64,000 bases of DNA from an uncultured Planctomycetia bacterium (GTDB taxonomy: Bacteria > Omnitrophota > Gorgyraeia > 1-14-0-20-64-10): NCBI GenBank assembly GCA_964597545.1, contig CAZQXN010000001.1, positions 133,655 to 197,654 on the forward strand. Direction: 5' to 3'. Below the pieces are notes generated by a model, which ran no database searches, was not told the DNA's origin, and worked only from the letters and a program-made list of their open reading frames with translations. The translations under genes and the position numbers were made by a program. This document shows, piece by piece, positions 1-10,069 of this stretch. Position 1 is the first letter of the stretch. Each line of letters begins with the position of its first letter.

Positions 1-932
1 CGCCTTCGGCCCTTAATAAGAAACCCCAGAGGCGCAGCAACCTTGCGGCCCACAAACGCGGCAGACTTCAAAACCAGCCATACCCACCGACGGCGACTGC
101 ATGCGTACAGCCCTGCCGCCAGGTTAAGACGCAGGAGATGCCGCCAGCGGACAAGCCCGAGCGTCTCAATGATGTCGTCGCGTGAATAATAACCCTCAAA
201 TGCTTCATCCCAGAGCCTCATCCGAAATAAAACCTGAAGCAAGTCCCTCCGAGCGCTTCTGCGTGTTACGGAAAGGGACTGGGGGTGCACCCTAAGGCGA
301 TAGGAGTTGACGCTTAAAAACTTCACATGGACATCCTGCTCGATCATCCGCGCCACGTACTCTGCGTCGACCGGAAGAAACTTTGGGTTGAACAGGCCCA
401 CTTGCGCAATGATGCGCCGCCTGATCCACAAGCCCATGCTGCAAATAACAAAATTGTAGCGATCTAGCAGGTGACCAAAGTTATCCTTCAGCCGGGCCTC
501 GGGTGGCAGCCAAAGGTAATGGAGAAGCGCTTCCTGCTGGCCGGCCGGATCGCAACGATACTTCTCGCCACCGCACACCAAGGCATCAAGCTCTGGATGA
601 TCGCGAAACACCTTCAAGATTTGCTTGACGGCATTCGCATAGAGGGTGTCGTCATCCGCCAAGAGCTTGATGTATTCGCCTCGCGCCAGAAGCACCCCCT
701 TGTTGAAAGCATGCCCCTCCCCCTTATCCGGTTCAGATACGAACTCCGAGATGATATCTCTATGGGCCCGTACCACCTCCTGGGTTCGGTCCGTAGAACC
801 CCCATCGATGACGAGCAGCTCGTCTTCGGGGGTAAGGTATTCGCGCGCGTTCTGGAGCGCACGCTCCAGGAAATCGGCCCGGTTGAGGGTTGTCAGAATG
901 TAGCTGACCCTTGCTTTGGTCTTGTCAGACAT
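1..932 (-). CDS. Family 2 glycosyltransferase (3' end runs off the window)
   Basis: Manual translation from ATG 932: MSDKTKARVSYILTTLNRADFLERAL...LLVIDGGSTDRT...EPDKGEGHAFNKG...YIKLLADDD, typical GT-A motifs; frame still open at the window edge. Confidence 0.85.
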   Translation of the reverse strand, partial: MSDKTKARVSYILTTLNRADFLERALQNAREYLTPEDELLVIDGGSTDRTQEVVRAHRDIISEFVSEPDKGEGHAFNKGVLLARGEYIKLLADDDTLYANAVKQILKVFRDHPELDALVCGGEKYRCDPAGQQEALLHYLWLPPEARLKDNFGHLLDRYNFVICSMGLWIRRRIIAQVGLFNPKFLPVDAEYVARMIEQDVHVKFLSVNSYRLRVHPQSLSVTRRSARRDLLQVLFRMRLWDEAFEGYYSRDDIIETLGLVRWRHLLRLNLAAGLYACSRRRWVWLVLKSAAFVGRKVAAPLGFLIKGRR

Positions 933-991
933 TGAAGTCAATTGCGCTGCTTTTTGTTTTCATCGGACATTTTAGTATCTCGCTAACCTGT

Positions 992-3463
992 TTAGAATAC
1001 ATCAACATTCTCTGAGGCTAGAAGCACATTTCCAACCTGATCCAACCGAACAACCAGAAACCGCTTTGCCTGCCCGGGAACAAGGTCTTTGCTCAACACA
1101 CCTCTTGCGCGCTCGAGAAAGGTCTGTCGAGAAACGCGTTGGGGTGAATATCCCAGCGCGATGTACTTCTGGGCAGGAACACCAAGGCGGGCAGCCTCAT
1201 CTCCATACGCCATCATGGACCGAGCATGATAACGCAACCCTTCATTCCAAGCGCCCCCTTCCCATTCCCGCTCCACCCGGCACCCGCTCGCTGCCAGATA
1301 AGCTGCAAACTTCGGACATTCGCTTGCGTAAACGCCAAGGACCCGCAAGAAGCTGGGGGGGCTGACCCAGATCAACTCTCCGGATTGTTCGCAATGCTCA
1401 AAAACCATGCGCATTGTCTCTGGAAAGGACCAGGGAGCCGCGTTTCGCTGAATCGCCTGATCTACCAGAACGATCAATTCTCCTGCCGTCTGGCAACAGG
1501 AACGAGACAGGGACGCCAGCCCCTCCAGCTGCTGCTCCCTTTTCAAAGAGAACCAGGACTCGCGCAATGCGTCCCCTTCAGCGACAGCCTGATGGGCCGA
1601 TGGGGGAACTTCCAGGCGTGCCTGTTGAGCGAGCAAAACGGTGTATTTCAAGCTGTGGAGCGAAGCGAGCAGGGTGCGCACGCGCAGAGGGCGAATCCGA
1701 GCATAATATAGGAAATCAAAGGGTATTTTGACCAGCAGATAATCTACCAACATCCCTAGGGCGCAGCCGGAGACAAGTCTCTCGGGAACCTTCGGTTCGG
1801 GCAGGACGCTGCCCCAAAGATGCCGCAGGCGGAAGGTAGGGTACCAAGCAGGCAGATGGATCCAGGCAGACTCCGGGCAGAAATAGGGCAGGTGGGTTAG
1901 ATGCTTCTGTGCCCAATCCGGAAAGGCTGTGGGTTCAAATGGCGCAGGATCAACCGATCGGCCACCGGGGAAGACCACGATGAAATCGAGATCGGAGATC
2001 CCCGGCGTCTTGACCGCTCCAACCTGATAAATAGCAAGGGGAGGCTGGGGGAGTTCGGCCCAGACAGAAATAACCCGCTCTGTGATTTTCTCATAATCCG
2101 CCATGCAAGCTTCGGGCGGGAGATCTTCCAGGGAGCTTTGGGGAATGTCGTCGAAGTAATGAAATGCCGACCCCGCCCTGCCAAGGGAAGGCTTGGTAGA
2201 GTGGGGAACGCCATCTGTGCCGACCGATATCCTGCCGGAAGGAGATAGAATGTTCCTTCTCATTGCTTCCAGCAGACGCAAGACCCGTCCCGGATAGTCT
2301 GGACCGAGCACGTTGGCCGCTTCCTGTGCCCGCTGGCAACTGGATGGGCACCGGAGGAGCTGCCGGGTAAGCAACCCCGGCCACTGCAGCCAGCGAGCAG
2401 TTGCCACAAGCTGCTGGGACGGTTTTGGTCTTGGGCCGAGTTGTCTTCTGAGCCTAGAGGCTGTCCGAATGGGCTCCCAAACCTCCGAAGAGAAATCCCG
2501 CTCTGCCAGTGAGAAGGTTTCCCGCTTATAGCGGAAAGTGCCTGTCCGCCGCTGGAGATAGAGCGCAGGGAGAATCAAGGTGCAGCCCAGGATACACTCC
2601 AGCTCATGGCCGTCTCTCAAAACCAGAGGATCGGAAGGCCAACGCTCAAAGAGCGCCTGAAGGTCGTCCAACAGTCGATCCGTCACCCCTTCGGATGGAG
2701 AAGCGCAGAGCCAAAGCGCCTCGGAGAGGCCGGCGAGGTCCGCGCCGTAGCCAAACAAGACCGAAGGGAAAAGCGCCTCCGGGTAACGTCTAAAATCCAT
2801 CTCGGCCAGATAGAAAGGGCCGTGGTGCATGAAGGGATCAAAGGCATGGGTGAGCGTTAGGATCTGGGATGCCAGCCGGCGCAGGCGCAATAAGTTCTTG
2901 GGGCTTTTCAAGGCAGAGGTCCGTACGACAAAGGCCAAATCCATGTCGCTGAAACCCGGCACGTCGTCCAGGGTTGCAATGCTTCCATGAACCATCGCGC
3001 GCTTGAAAAAGGCCGCCCCCTCCTTCAGGAGAAGCCGCTGCAGCAGATGCACGGGCCCATATTTCCGCTCGTGTCCGCCTGATTGCATCCAACCCTCATA
3101 GGGCTGCCCGGATGAAAGCTGGCGGAACGCCGCCCCCGTTGGCAAAAACGCATCCCATTGGCAATAGGCGTAGGCGAGCGCTTCAGAGAAACGGTGCAGT
3201 GGAATCTTCTTTTGCGTGGAGGAGAAACTGAGCCGATGGGAAAGAATTCCTAGCTTGCGAAAAGCCCCCGAGACTCGCAGAAGGGATTCTGGGGTAAGAG
3301 ATCGTTTTTGTCCAAGATAGGATCTTGGCGATAACCCCGTCAGGCTGCCGTACAGAAAGTATTGAAGCGCATGGTACAGTTCGAGCTGGGCTGCTTGAGC
3401 ATTATCGAGATAACCGCTCTCCTCAGACACAACTGCTCTCACCCTGATCGCTCCCTCTTCCAA
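992..3463 (-). CDS. Hypothetical protein with two tandem Pol-beta-type nucleotidyltransferase domains
   Basis: Motifs HGSIATLDDVPGFSDMDL and VGAVKTPGISDLDF; lies within the polysaccharide cluster. Confidence 0.6.
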   Translation of the reverse strand: MEEGAIRVRAVVSEESGYLDNAQAAQLELYHALQYFLYGSLTGLSPRSYLGQKRSLTPESLLRVSGAFRKLGILSHRLSFSSTQKKIPLHRFSEALAYAYCQWDAFLPTGAAFRQLSSGQPYEGWMQSGGHERKYGPVHLLQRLLLKEGAAFFKRAMVHGSIATLDDVPGFSDMDLAFVVRTSALKSPKNLLRLRRLASQILTLTHAFDPFMHHGPFYLAEMDFRRYPEALFPSVLFGYGADLAGLSEALWLCASPSEGVTDRLLDDLQALFERWPSDPLVLRDGHELECILGCTLILPALYLQRRTGTFRYKRETFSLAERDFSSEVWEPIRTASRLRRQLGPRPKPSQQLVATARWLQWPGLLTRQLLRCPSSCQRAQEAANVLGPDYPGRVLRLLEAMRRNILSPSGRISVGTDGVPHSTKPSLGRAGSAFHYFDDIPQSSLEDLPPEACMADYEKITERVISVWAELPQPPLAIYQVGAVKTPGISDLDFIVVFPGGRSVDPAPFEPTAFPDWAQKHLTHLPYFCPESAWIHLPAWYPTFRLRHLWGSVLPEPKVPERLVSGCALGMLVDYLLVKIPFDFLYYARIRPLRVRTLLASLHSLKYTVLLAQQARLEVPPSAHQAVAEGDALRESWFSLKREQQLEGLASLSRSCCQTAGELIVLVDQAIQRNAAPWSFPETMRMVFEHCEQSGELIWVSPPSFLRVLGVYASECPKFAAYLAASGCRVEREWEGGAWNEGLRYHARSMMAYGDEAARLGVPAQKYIALGYSPQRVSRQTFLERARGVLSKDLVPGQAKRFLVVRLDQVGNVLLASENVDVF

Positions 3464-4416
3464 TCAAGAAACCGAGGCAGGATTATGGTTTCAAGCGCTT
3501 CATCTGGATTCACCGCGCTGGCGTTAAGCAAGCCGTTAGGAATCGGATTCTCTTTCCAGAGGGGTGGTGTCCAAAATCCTTTTTGAATCTCTTGAAAACC
3601 TACATCATCAAATAGATTGATGGTTGGAACCTGCGCATACCAGAAGAAGATTTCAAATCCACCTCGCCCGCCCAGGAACAGGTGGGCTTTCCTTCCAATT
3701 GCCAAAAGCGGACGAAGCCCAAGGCCCTTGCGATAACTGTCAACGGCCGAGACCGTCTTGGCTTCACGAAGAGGCGGTACCCTTTCGTGCTCAGTGGACC
3801 CCATGGCAAGGACGCGCACGTCGTCACCCATGATCTTGTTCTGGATAATGCGCTGATAAATCTGGTGCAGCTGAGCGGCGCTGCGACGGAAATGGATGGC
3901 GACCACAAATTTTTTGCCAAGCATGTGGCGCTCCCAAAAGCGTGCCGCAATGGTTTCGTCCTCCGGAGTAAAGAGTTCGGTCAAAATCTCTTGGTACTGT
4001 GAGGGCGTCGCCTGCCCTCCGTACCTCTTTGCGGCTTCGGGCGGATACCAATACTCGCCCAGGGCCTTGTTCAAGTCGGCCCCACGGAGTTCGTGTATGA
4101 AGGAAAAATTCTCCAGATATTCCTGTCTGTAGTTGACCTTGTCTCCATGAGCATCGGTCATGCGCCGTGCCGTGTCATAGGAAAGGCCGGCGGGGTTGTT
4201 CGGGGAATCGTCGTCTCGGTACAAGACGACGAGCTTTAGGTGGGGTGTGGCGCGCTTTGCGCGCTTTAAAAGAGGAGCCATCGAGATGATGTCCCCAAGG
4301 CCCCCATGAAGAATGATGACGCGTCTTCGGCCAAGCAAACAAGCCAGCCGATGCCGCAATTTGAACAGACCCCGGAGGACCAACGCGACCGGCCCGCGAG
4401 GCAAGATGCTCCTCAT
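3439..4416 (-). CDS. GT9 (heptosyltransferase-like) glycosyltransferase
   Basis: HGGLGDIISMAPLLKRAK N-terminal motif and AHLFLGGRGG C-terminal motif. Confidence 0.6.
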   Translation of the reverse strand: MRSILPRGPVALVLRGLFKLRHRLACLLGRRRVIILHGGLGDIISMAPLLKRAKRATPHLKLVVLYRDDDSPNNPAGLSYDTARRMTDAHGDKVNYRQEYLENFSFIHELRGADLNKALGEYWYPPEAAKRYGGQATPSQYQEILTELFTPEDETIAARFWERHMLGKKFVVAIHFRRSAAQLHQIYQRIIQNKIMGDDVRVLAMGSTEHERVPPLREAKTVSAVDSYRKGLGLRPLLAIGRKAHLFLGGRGGFEIFFWYAQVPTINLFDDVGFQEIQKGFWTPPLWKENPIPNGLLNASAVNPDEALETIILPRFLDWKRERSG

Positions 4417-5348
4417 CCCTTTTCTTGCTCAACCGCTCGCTTCAATTCCTTCTTCCAGCCCTGGACTTGGCCGAGGTCCACATGAAAGAGCCAAACGCCC
4501 TGGGCTGCCAGGGCGGCTAATTCCGCAGCGCTGTTTGGATGCCCCCAGTACTGAATCTTGATTTGGTAGCGGGAAGCGGCTTTAACCGTATCTGCGTAGG
4601 ATGCTTGAAGGTCGCCGGCAAAGAAAGATTCATGGTGGTTGAAGATGTTGACGCCATGCCGGTATGCCTTCTTAAGTTCCTCCGCCAAGCCTCCCTGATG
4701 CTCATCCGGCTCTACGACCCAAATCTTGTAAGGGAAATCGTAAACCCGACAGTGAGCATCTATGTACCTCTCATTCACGTAGGGAATAATCCGATCCAAC
4801 GCGCCGCTGCAGGAGGCGGCCCGCTCCACCATCTTTTCACAAATGAACCTGCACAGCTTAGGGTCTCTCTTTTCCTTCCGGCGAGCAACATTCTCCTTGA
4901 TGTCCACGATGAGGTAGGTATCTGTGTAGCGTTTCATGAGTTGCATGACGTCATTCAAATCGAGCGGGGTGTACTTACCGTGGTATCTAAGCTTTTTGAA
5001 ATTTCGCAATGTCGTGCGTGAAATCTCCCCTTCAATCCCAAACCGATCGACCATCGGCGGATGAAAAGCAACCACTTGGTCATCTGCCGTAACGCACAGG
5101 TCAATCTCAAACACCTTGATGCCTTGACGGAGGCTGGACATCCATGCTTCCAGGGAATTCGTATACGCGCGTCCCTCGATGGTACCTAAGGCATAAGCGC
5201 TTAAGACCGGCGGTTCTCCAAATGCACTCAAATCTGGAGCGCGCTTGGGGGTGCGCGGCGGCAAGCGAAAGAGGCGCTTGAAACGCTGGAAGGGGCCCTT
5301 CATCTTCAGATCGGTCAATGCGCCATTTCGATAGAGCGATTGATCCAT
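4413..5348 (-). CDS. Glycerophosphodiester phosphodiesterase (GDPD) family protein
   Basis: YTNSLEAW, FEIDLCVTADDQVVAFH and LIVDIKE motifs. Confidence 0.75.
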   Translation of the reverse strand: MDQSLYRNGALTDLKMKGPFQRFKRLFRLPPRTPKRAPDLSAFGEPPVLSAYALGTIEGRAYTNSLEAWMSSLRQGIKVFEIDLCVTADDQVVAFHPPMVDRFGIEGEISRTTLRNFKKLRYHGKYTPLDLNDVMQLMKRYTDTYLIVDIKENVARRKEKRDPKLCRFICEKMVERAASCSGALDRIIPYVNERYIDAHCRVYDFPYKIWVVEPDEHQGGLAEELKKAYRHGVNIFNHHESFFAGDLQASYADTVKAASRYQIKIQYWGHPNSAAELAALAAQGVWLFHVDLGQVQGWKKELKRAVEQEKG

Positions 5349-7402
5349 CGGACGGCGCTGGCCAGCGCGTAGAGGGCCTGCTCCTCGCTGATCCTAAGCC
5401 GAAAAGGAATCAGGCGAACCAGATGGAGGCCCATATAGAACAGGCCTTTGAGATACGCTTGCTCTTCAGAACAACCCAGGATATTCGACCAACGCTTCAG
5501 GCAGAGCTTCAGAATCTCCTCCTTTGGTGCATCTGCCGCGTACAGGAGGACAACCCCCTTTGCGTCGGAAAAATCGCACAGCTTGAGGTTATGGGACACC
5601 CACTCTTCGTATCTGCCAACCAACGATTGGAACAATTTTCCAATGTCCAGCTCCGGCGCGTCAAAGTAGTCTGCCCCGTCCATGTCGATGACCTTCACGT
5701 CCCCCTCAAAACACATGATGTTCTCAAAGGTCAAATCCCCATGGACAATGCAGAGGCGGCTGGGTGCGAGATGGCGAATCGTCGGAAGCGCCGCTGCTTG
5801 CGAGAGCAAGCTCCTCAGCCCAGGATACACCTTGCCATCGATGCGGACCTCTCCGCCGCCAGCGAGCTGCGCAAGCCGAGGGTGGGTCTGCAGGGCGTCC
5901 AGCTTTGGATAAATCTTCTTGGCTAAATGTGCCGCGAGCCAGTCGCCGCTTGCAGTGCTGGTGTGAACGCTGGTGGCGTAGAGGTGATCCTCAAGAAGCT
6001 CCAACAACCGCTGCAAACTTGAGAGCTTTTCCTGTGTCGAGCACGCAGAGAGCAGCTTGTGCTTGGGGAGGTACTCCATGTCGTAGTAATACTCAAATGA
6101 GTTGTCGCTCTCTCCGTAGAGTCCCGGGACAAGCTTCGCACAAATGCGGGAGAACCGCTCTAGGGTTTGATACTGACCCTTGAGCTTTCCATATCCCAAA
6201 GCAAGGTCTGTCTGCTTCGAAGCCTGCTTTCGAATGAACAGCTTCTCCTCGTCTGCCACCAGGAACGTCTCGGAGAAGGAACCCCCTTTAAGGCGTTTCA
6301 ACGGTGTTGGATGGAGCGGTTGAATATCAACATGGGCAAGCCCCTGGTCTCGCTTCACCTCGTACGACGCCGCCTGCGGCACCAGTATGGCTGAGGGTTT
6401 TCGATCGTTCACCAAGTATCTCGGGCCGCTGGGTAATCCCATCATGAGATCCTGGAAGGGTACGCCGGCCTTCAGCAAGGCCCCCTTCAGGGCGGCTTCC
6501 TCGGACGGATGCCTGGAGGTCATGAGAATAATGCGATAGCCCTTCTGGGTCCAGTCTCTGAGCTTCTCCGAGCTTCCAGGCAACAACTCAAGGGGATGAT
6601 CGTAGCTGGGTTTGTCTTCGTGCTTGACCAGGGTACCGTCGATGTCACAGAAGATCGCACCCGAGAAGATGTTTCGCTGGATGCGCACCTGCAATAAACG
6701 CTTCTTGTCTCCAAAAAACTCCGCTTGCCGAATGCGTACCGCCTGGATTGTTTTTCCTTCGGCGATCATCTGTTTGACGACTTCTGAGATATAGAGGCTG
6801 TGGCTGCGCCGAATCCGCTCAGTTACAGCAGCGGCGTCTGCAAAGTAGTAGCATCCGATGACGCCGACAAACTCCCCTTCGCCCGCAGGGAGCTCCTTTT
6901 CGGCGATTCCGGTTATGCGATCGCGCTCGGCAAGCGAAGCGACGCTCCAGGCTTTGAGGTCTTCGCCCTGGAGACTCCATACCGGAAGCACGCAATCCGC
7001 CTTGCTGTCCTCGCCAATCAGCTCAAAGAGCGGGTCCACATTCACCGAATGATCGCAGTCGCAGATGATCGCTCGACCGCTCAGGGCGCCCTCTTGGACT
7101 GCCAACGCCAATGTCTCGGCCGGCCCCTGCGTTGGCCGCTTAAGGTGGATGGTATCGAATGGGATGCCCCCGAGGATACCCTTCAGTCGAGCGCTGACCG
7201 CAAACTCTGATTCCTGTTCCTCCAGGTAAACAAAAACCACCCTGCCGATCTTGGACATCCACTTCATAAAAGGCCGGATGGCTGCCTCGATAAAAGTTTC
7301 CTCGCCGACCTTGAGGAACGGTTTGTACTTATAGCCGAATCGAGCGCCCCGTCCTGCCATCGGGAAAATGAGCGTAAGCGGATCCTCGAGCTTTTTCTTC
7401 AT
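5315..7402 (-). CDS. Three-domain fusion: sugar-phosphate nucleotidyltransferase + HAD phosphatase + APH/choline-kinase-like phosphotransferase
   Basis: PMAGRGARF..YKPF; FCDIDGTLV and MTSR; HGDLTFENIM and VIDMD. Confidence 0.8.
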   Translation of the reverse strand: MKKKLEDPLTLIFPMAGRGARFGYKYKPFLKVGEETFIEAAIRPFMKWMSKIGRVVFVYLEEQESEFAVSARLKGILGGIPFDTIHLKRPTQGPAETLALAVQEGALSGRAIICDCDHSVNVDPLFELIGEDSKADCVLPVWSLQGEDLKAWSVASLAERDRITGIAEKELPAGEGEFVGVIGCYYFADAAAVTERIRRSHSLYISEVVKQMIAEGKTIQAVRIRQAEFFGDKKRLLQVRIQRNIFSGAIFCDIDGTLVKHEDKPSYDHPLELLPGSSEKLRDWTQKGYRIILMTSRHPSEEAALKGALLKAGVPFQDLMMGLPSGPRYLVNDRKPSAILVPQAASYEVKRDQGLAHVDIQPLHPTPLKRLKGGSFSETFLVADEEKLFIRKQASKQTDLALGYGKLKGQYQTLERFSRICAKLVPGLYGESDNSFEYYYDMEYLPKHKLLSACSTQEKLSSLQRLLELLEDHLYATSVHTSTASGDWLAAHLAKKIYPKLDALQTHPRLAQLAGGGEVRIDGKVYPGLRSLLSQAAALPTIRHLAPSRLCIVHGDLTFENIMCFEGDVKVIDMDGADYFDAPELDIGKLFQSLVGRYEEWVSHNLKLCDFSDAKGVVLLYAADAPKEEILKLCLKRWSNILGCSEEQAYLKGLFYMGLHLVRLIPFRLRISEEQALYALASAVRWINRSIEMAH

Positions 7403-8109
7403 ATCTGGTACCCGGAAGTGGCGGCGTCTCGGTGGAACATCCTGACAGTTTCCAACGAAAATTCAGCCAGATCCTTGCCGAACAAATCCAGTTTGGGAAG
7501 CATATCGTAGGGGACGGTGATGATGTGGCAACCCTGTTGTGCAGCAACAACAATGCTGTAGATCTCCCTGCAGCTTGCCCAGAGCACCTCCAGTTTGGGC
7601 TTCGCGCGGGCTCCCTCCAGCGCATGGCGAATGATCGGGCCAGGATCTACCCCCGCGTCTGCAATGCGGCCTGCGAAAACGGAGAGGATGGCGGATGCAT
7701 CTGGATGAAACTGGGGAATCAGGCTATCGATCTGCTCTTTTGTGAAGACAGCCGTCACGTTGACCTTAACCCTGGCCACAGACAAAGAGGCAATCAGCTC
7801 TGTTGAGGGGCGACCGGAGGTATCTGTAGCCGGGATCTTGACATAGACGTTCTCGCCCCAGCTTGCCAGCTTCAGCGCCTGCTCTTTCATCTCGCCAAAC
7901 GTATCCGCAAAAACCTCCAAGGAAACCGGCAGTCCCTGGGCAACATCGAGCAAGCTCTTGGCGAACCTCTCATAATCCCTTACCTTCGCCTTCGCCATGA
8001 GGGTAGGATTGGTGGTGAAGCCCTTTACGCAATACTGCCGGATGAGGCGGGGGACGTCCCCCAGGTTGGCCCCATCGGCAAAGATCTTAATGTCTGGGAT
8101 CTTTCCCAT
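7399..8109 (-). CDS. tal: Transaldolase (short type), located in the polysaccharide cluster
   Basis: GFTTNPTLM, YVKIP, VNVTAVF, SVFAGRIAD and LWASCRE motifs. Confidence 0.9.
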   Translation of the reverse strand: MGKIPDIKIFADGANLGDVPRLIRQYCVKGFTTNPTLMAKAKVRDYERFAKSLLDVAQGLPVSLEVFADTFGEMKEQALKLASWGENVYVKIPATDTSGRPSTELIASLSVARVKVNVTAVFTKEQIDSLIPQFHPDASAILSVFAGRIADAGVDPGPIIRHALEGARAKPKLEVLWASCREIYSIVVAAQQGCHIITVPYDMLPKLDLFGKDLAEFSLETVRMFHRDAATSGYQI

Positions 8110-8771
8110 TACCGCTTCTCCAGGATGGTCAGCCGGTCTGCCTCTTGGCGTCTGACATATTTGCCCTGGCAGATCTGCTCATCCACCGCCCTGCGAGGCC
8201 CCCCATCCCTTGCCACATAATAACGGTCTGGATCTCTACCCAGACTGGTGCTATGGACAGCGACAATCCCTTTTTCCGACAATAAACCATACAGGATGAA
8301 CAAATCTCGGTTAAGCGCTGCATAGGTATGATTCGCGTCATGAAAGGCCATATCGATCGGCTTGGGAACAAGGCGCCCCGAATCCTTTGCTAATCCAACG
8401 ATGAGTTGGTAGTTGCCAAATCTATGGCTTAAGGCCTGGGCTACTAAATCGTAACTGGGCCAACCGCTGATGTGGGTGTTTGGCTCCACATCCAAGATGC
8501 GGTCAAAACAGTCAAGGCCGTAAAATCTCGTCTTCAGCCCGCTCTGATCACGGCAACTCAACAGCAAACTGAAGGAACCGGCCCAACCTACTCCTATTTC
8601 CAGATAAGTTCTGGGTCGCGCTTCCAGGAATGAGTCCTGAAGCAGCTGTCTTTCTTCGGGTAACAAATCACTTATAAAGAGCTTGCTGGGGTCGCCTCCC
8701 TTAAAATTCTCTTGGGTTGGCACGATGGGCGCAAAGGGGTTTGCATTTCCTAAATGACTGGAGGATGCCAT
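8109..8771 (-). CDS. Class I SAM-dependent methyltransferase (Methyltransf_24-like)
   Basis: YLEIGVGWAGS and FHDANHTY motifs. Confidence 0.75.
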   Translation of the reverse strand: MASSSHLGNANPFAPIVPTQENFKGGDPSKLFISDLLPEERQLLQDSFLEARPRTYLEIGVGWAGSFSLLLSCRDQSGLKTRFYGLDCFDRILDVEPNTHISGWPSYDLVAQALSHRFGNYQLIVGLAKDSGRLVPKPIDMAFHDANHTYAALNRDLFILYGLLSEKGIVAVHSTSLGRDPDRYYVARDGGPRRAVDEQICQGKYVRRQEADRLTILEKR

Positions 8772-8806
8772 CTACATAGCTCGCCACGCCGAACCACCCC
8801 AGTCGG

Positions 8807-10066
8807 CTAGCATGAACGGATGGTGTGCCATTTGTGCGGAATGAAACAGGAACCGCACCTGGATTGGCTAAGATAGTTGTGACCTGTTTGGTAGGGGTCG
8901 CAGCGTGTTACCTCAAACTGCGCAGCGCGGTCCCAGAAATCGAGTGGCCGCAACCCCCTAATCCACAGCGCCAAGTCAAAGGTGTATCGGCCTACGCCAA
9001 GGGGGAGAGGGCCTATGGTTAACCCGATGATCTGCTCCTCCGGGGCAAAGTAAACATTGCTCATCTGGTTTGCGGCGCCATGAGACACGGTGCTGCCGTC
9101 GTAGCTTCGAATAAACCAGTCAACATTGAAGCTGCCTGCATTCACCCTCCCTTTCAGCCCAAAGCGGATTTCCATGATGTCTCCGTAACAGAAGCTGTAG
9201 CAAGGGGTTGCGTCTTTGCTCAGCAGCTCTACCCACTCCACGTAGAGCTCCGCATTGGCTGGGGGGGCGCTGCGATGAATCTTCCCTTTTCTCAAGTGTC
9301 CTTCAGTTGCCCCGGACAGCTCGTAGGCTTGAGTGACATCAGAAACTTCCCCGATTGCCTGGATTCCGCCGCGCTCGAGCCAGATGGCCCTAGAACAGAG
9401 TTTTCGGACTGACGTTATATTGTGGCTGATAAAAAGAACCGTGCGCCCTCCCTTGGCCACCTCTCCGATCTTCCCGAGGCATTTCTTTTGGAAAGCCATG
9501 TCCCCTACGGCTAGGACTTCGTCAACCAGCAGGATCTCCGGATCCAGCTGGGCGGCAACCGCAAATGCCAGGCGCATGTACATGCCGCTGGAATAGAATT
9601 TGACTGGCGTGTCGAGGAATCGCTGCAGTTCGGAAAACTCGACGATCTCATCGAATTTTTTCTGGATCTCTCGCCTCCCCATACCAAGGATGGCGCCGTT
9701 GAGATAGATGTTTTCCCGGCCGGTCAGCTCAGGGTGGAAGCCTGTTCCTACTTCGAGCAGAGAGCCAATTCGTCCATAAACCTCGGCATGGCCTCTGGTG
9801 GGTTCCGTAATCTGAGAGAGGATCTTCAAAAGCGTGCTCTTGCCGGCACCATTGCGGCCAACGACGCCAATGACTTCACCCCGATCGACCTCAAAGGAAA
9901 CATCCCTGAGGGCCCAGATGTGTCCCCGGGTGCGACGGGGAAATCGCTTGAAGCGACTCCGGACAAAATTAGCGATGAGATCCCTCAAGGTCTCGTAGGC
10001 GTTGGTCGCTTCTCCGATGGCGTAGCGCTTGCTGATGCTTTTAACTCGGATGGCTATGTTGGGCAT
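8807..10066 (-). CDS. wzt: Polysaccharide ABC exporter ATP-binding subunit with C-terminal domain
   Basis: GRNGAGKST, YSSGMYMRLAFAVA and LLVDEVLAVGD motifs. Confidence 0.95.
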   Translation of the reverse strand: MPNIAIRVKSISKRYAIGEATNAYETLRDLIANFVRSRFKRFPRRTRGHIWALRDVSFEVDRGEVIGVVGRNGAGKSTLLKILSQITEPTRGHAEVYGRIGSLLEVGTGFHPELTGRENIYLNGAILGMGRREIQKKFDEIVEFSELQRFLDTPVKFYSSGMYMRLAFAVAAQLDPEILLVDEVLAVGDMAFQKKCLGKIGEVAKGGRTVLFISHNITSVRKLCSRAIWLERGGIQAIGEVSDVTQAYELSGATEGHLRKGKIHRSAPPANAELYVEWVELLSKDATPCYSFCYGDIMEIRFGLKGRVNAGSFNVDWFIRSYDGSTVSHGAANQMSNVYFAPEEQIIGLTIGPLPLGVGRYTFDLALWIRGLRPLDFWDRAAQFEVTRCDPYQTGHNYLSQSRCGSCFIPHKWHTIRSC

Positions 10067-10069
10067 GGG

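Noticed and set aside
471-935. 154-aa plus-strand ORF
   Set aside because: Antisense shadow of the GT2 gene on the minus strand.
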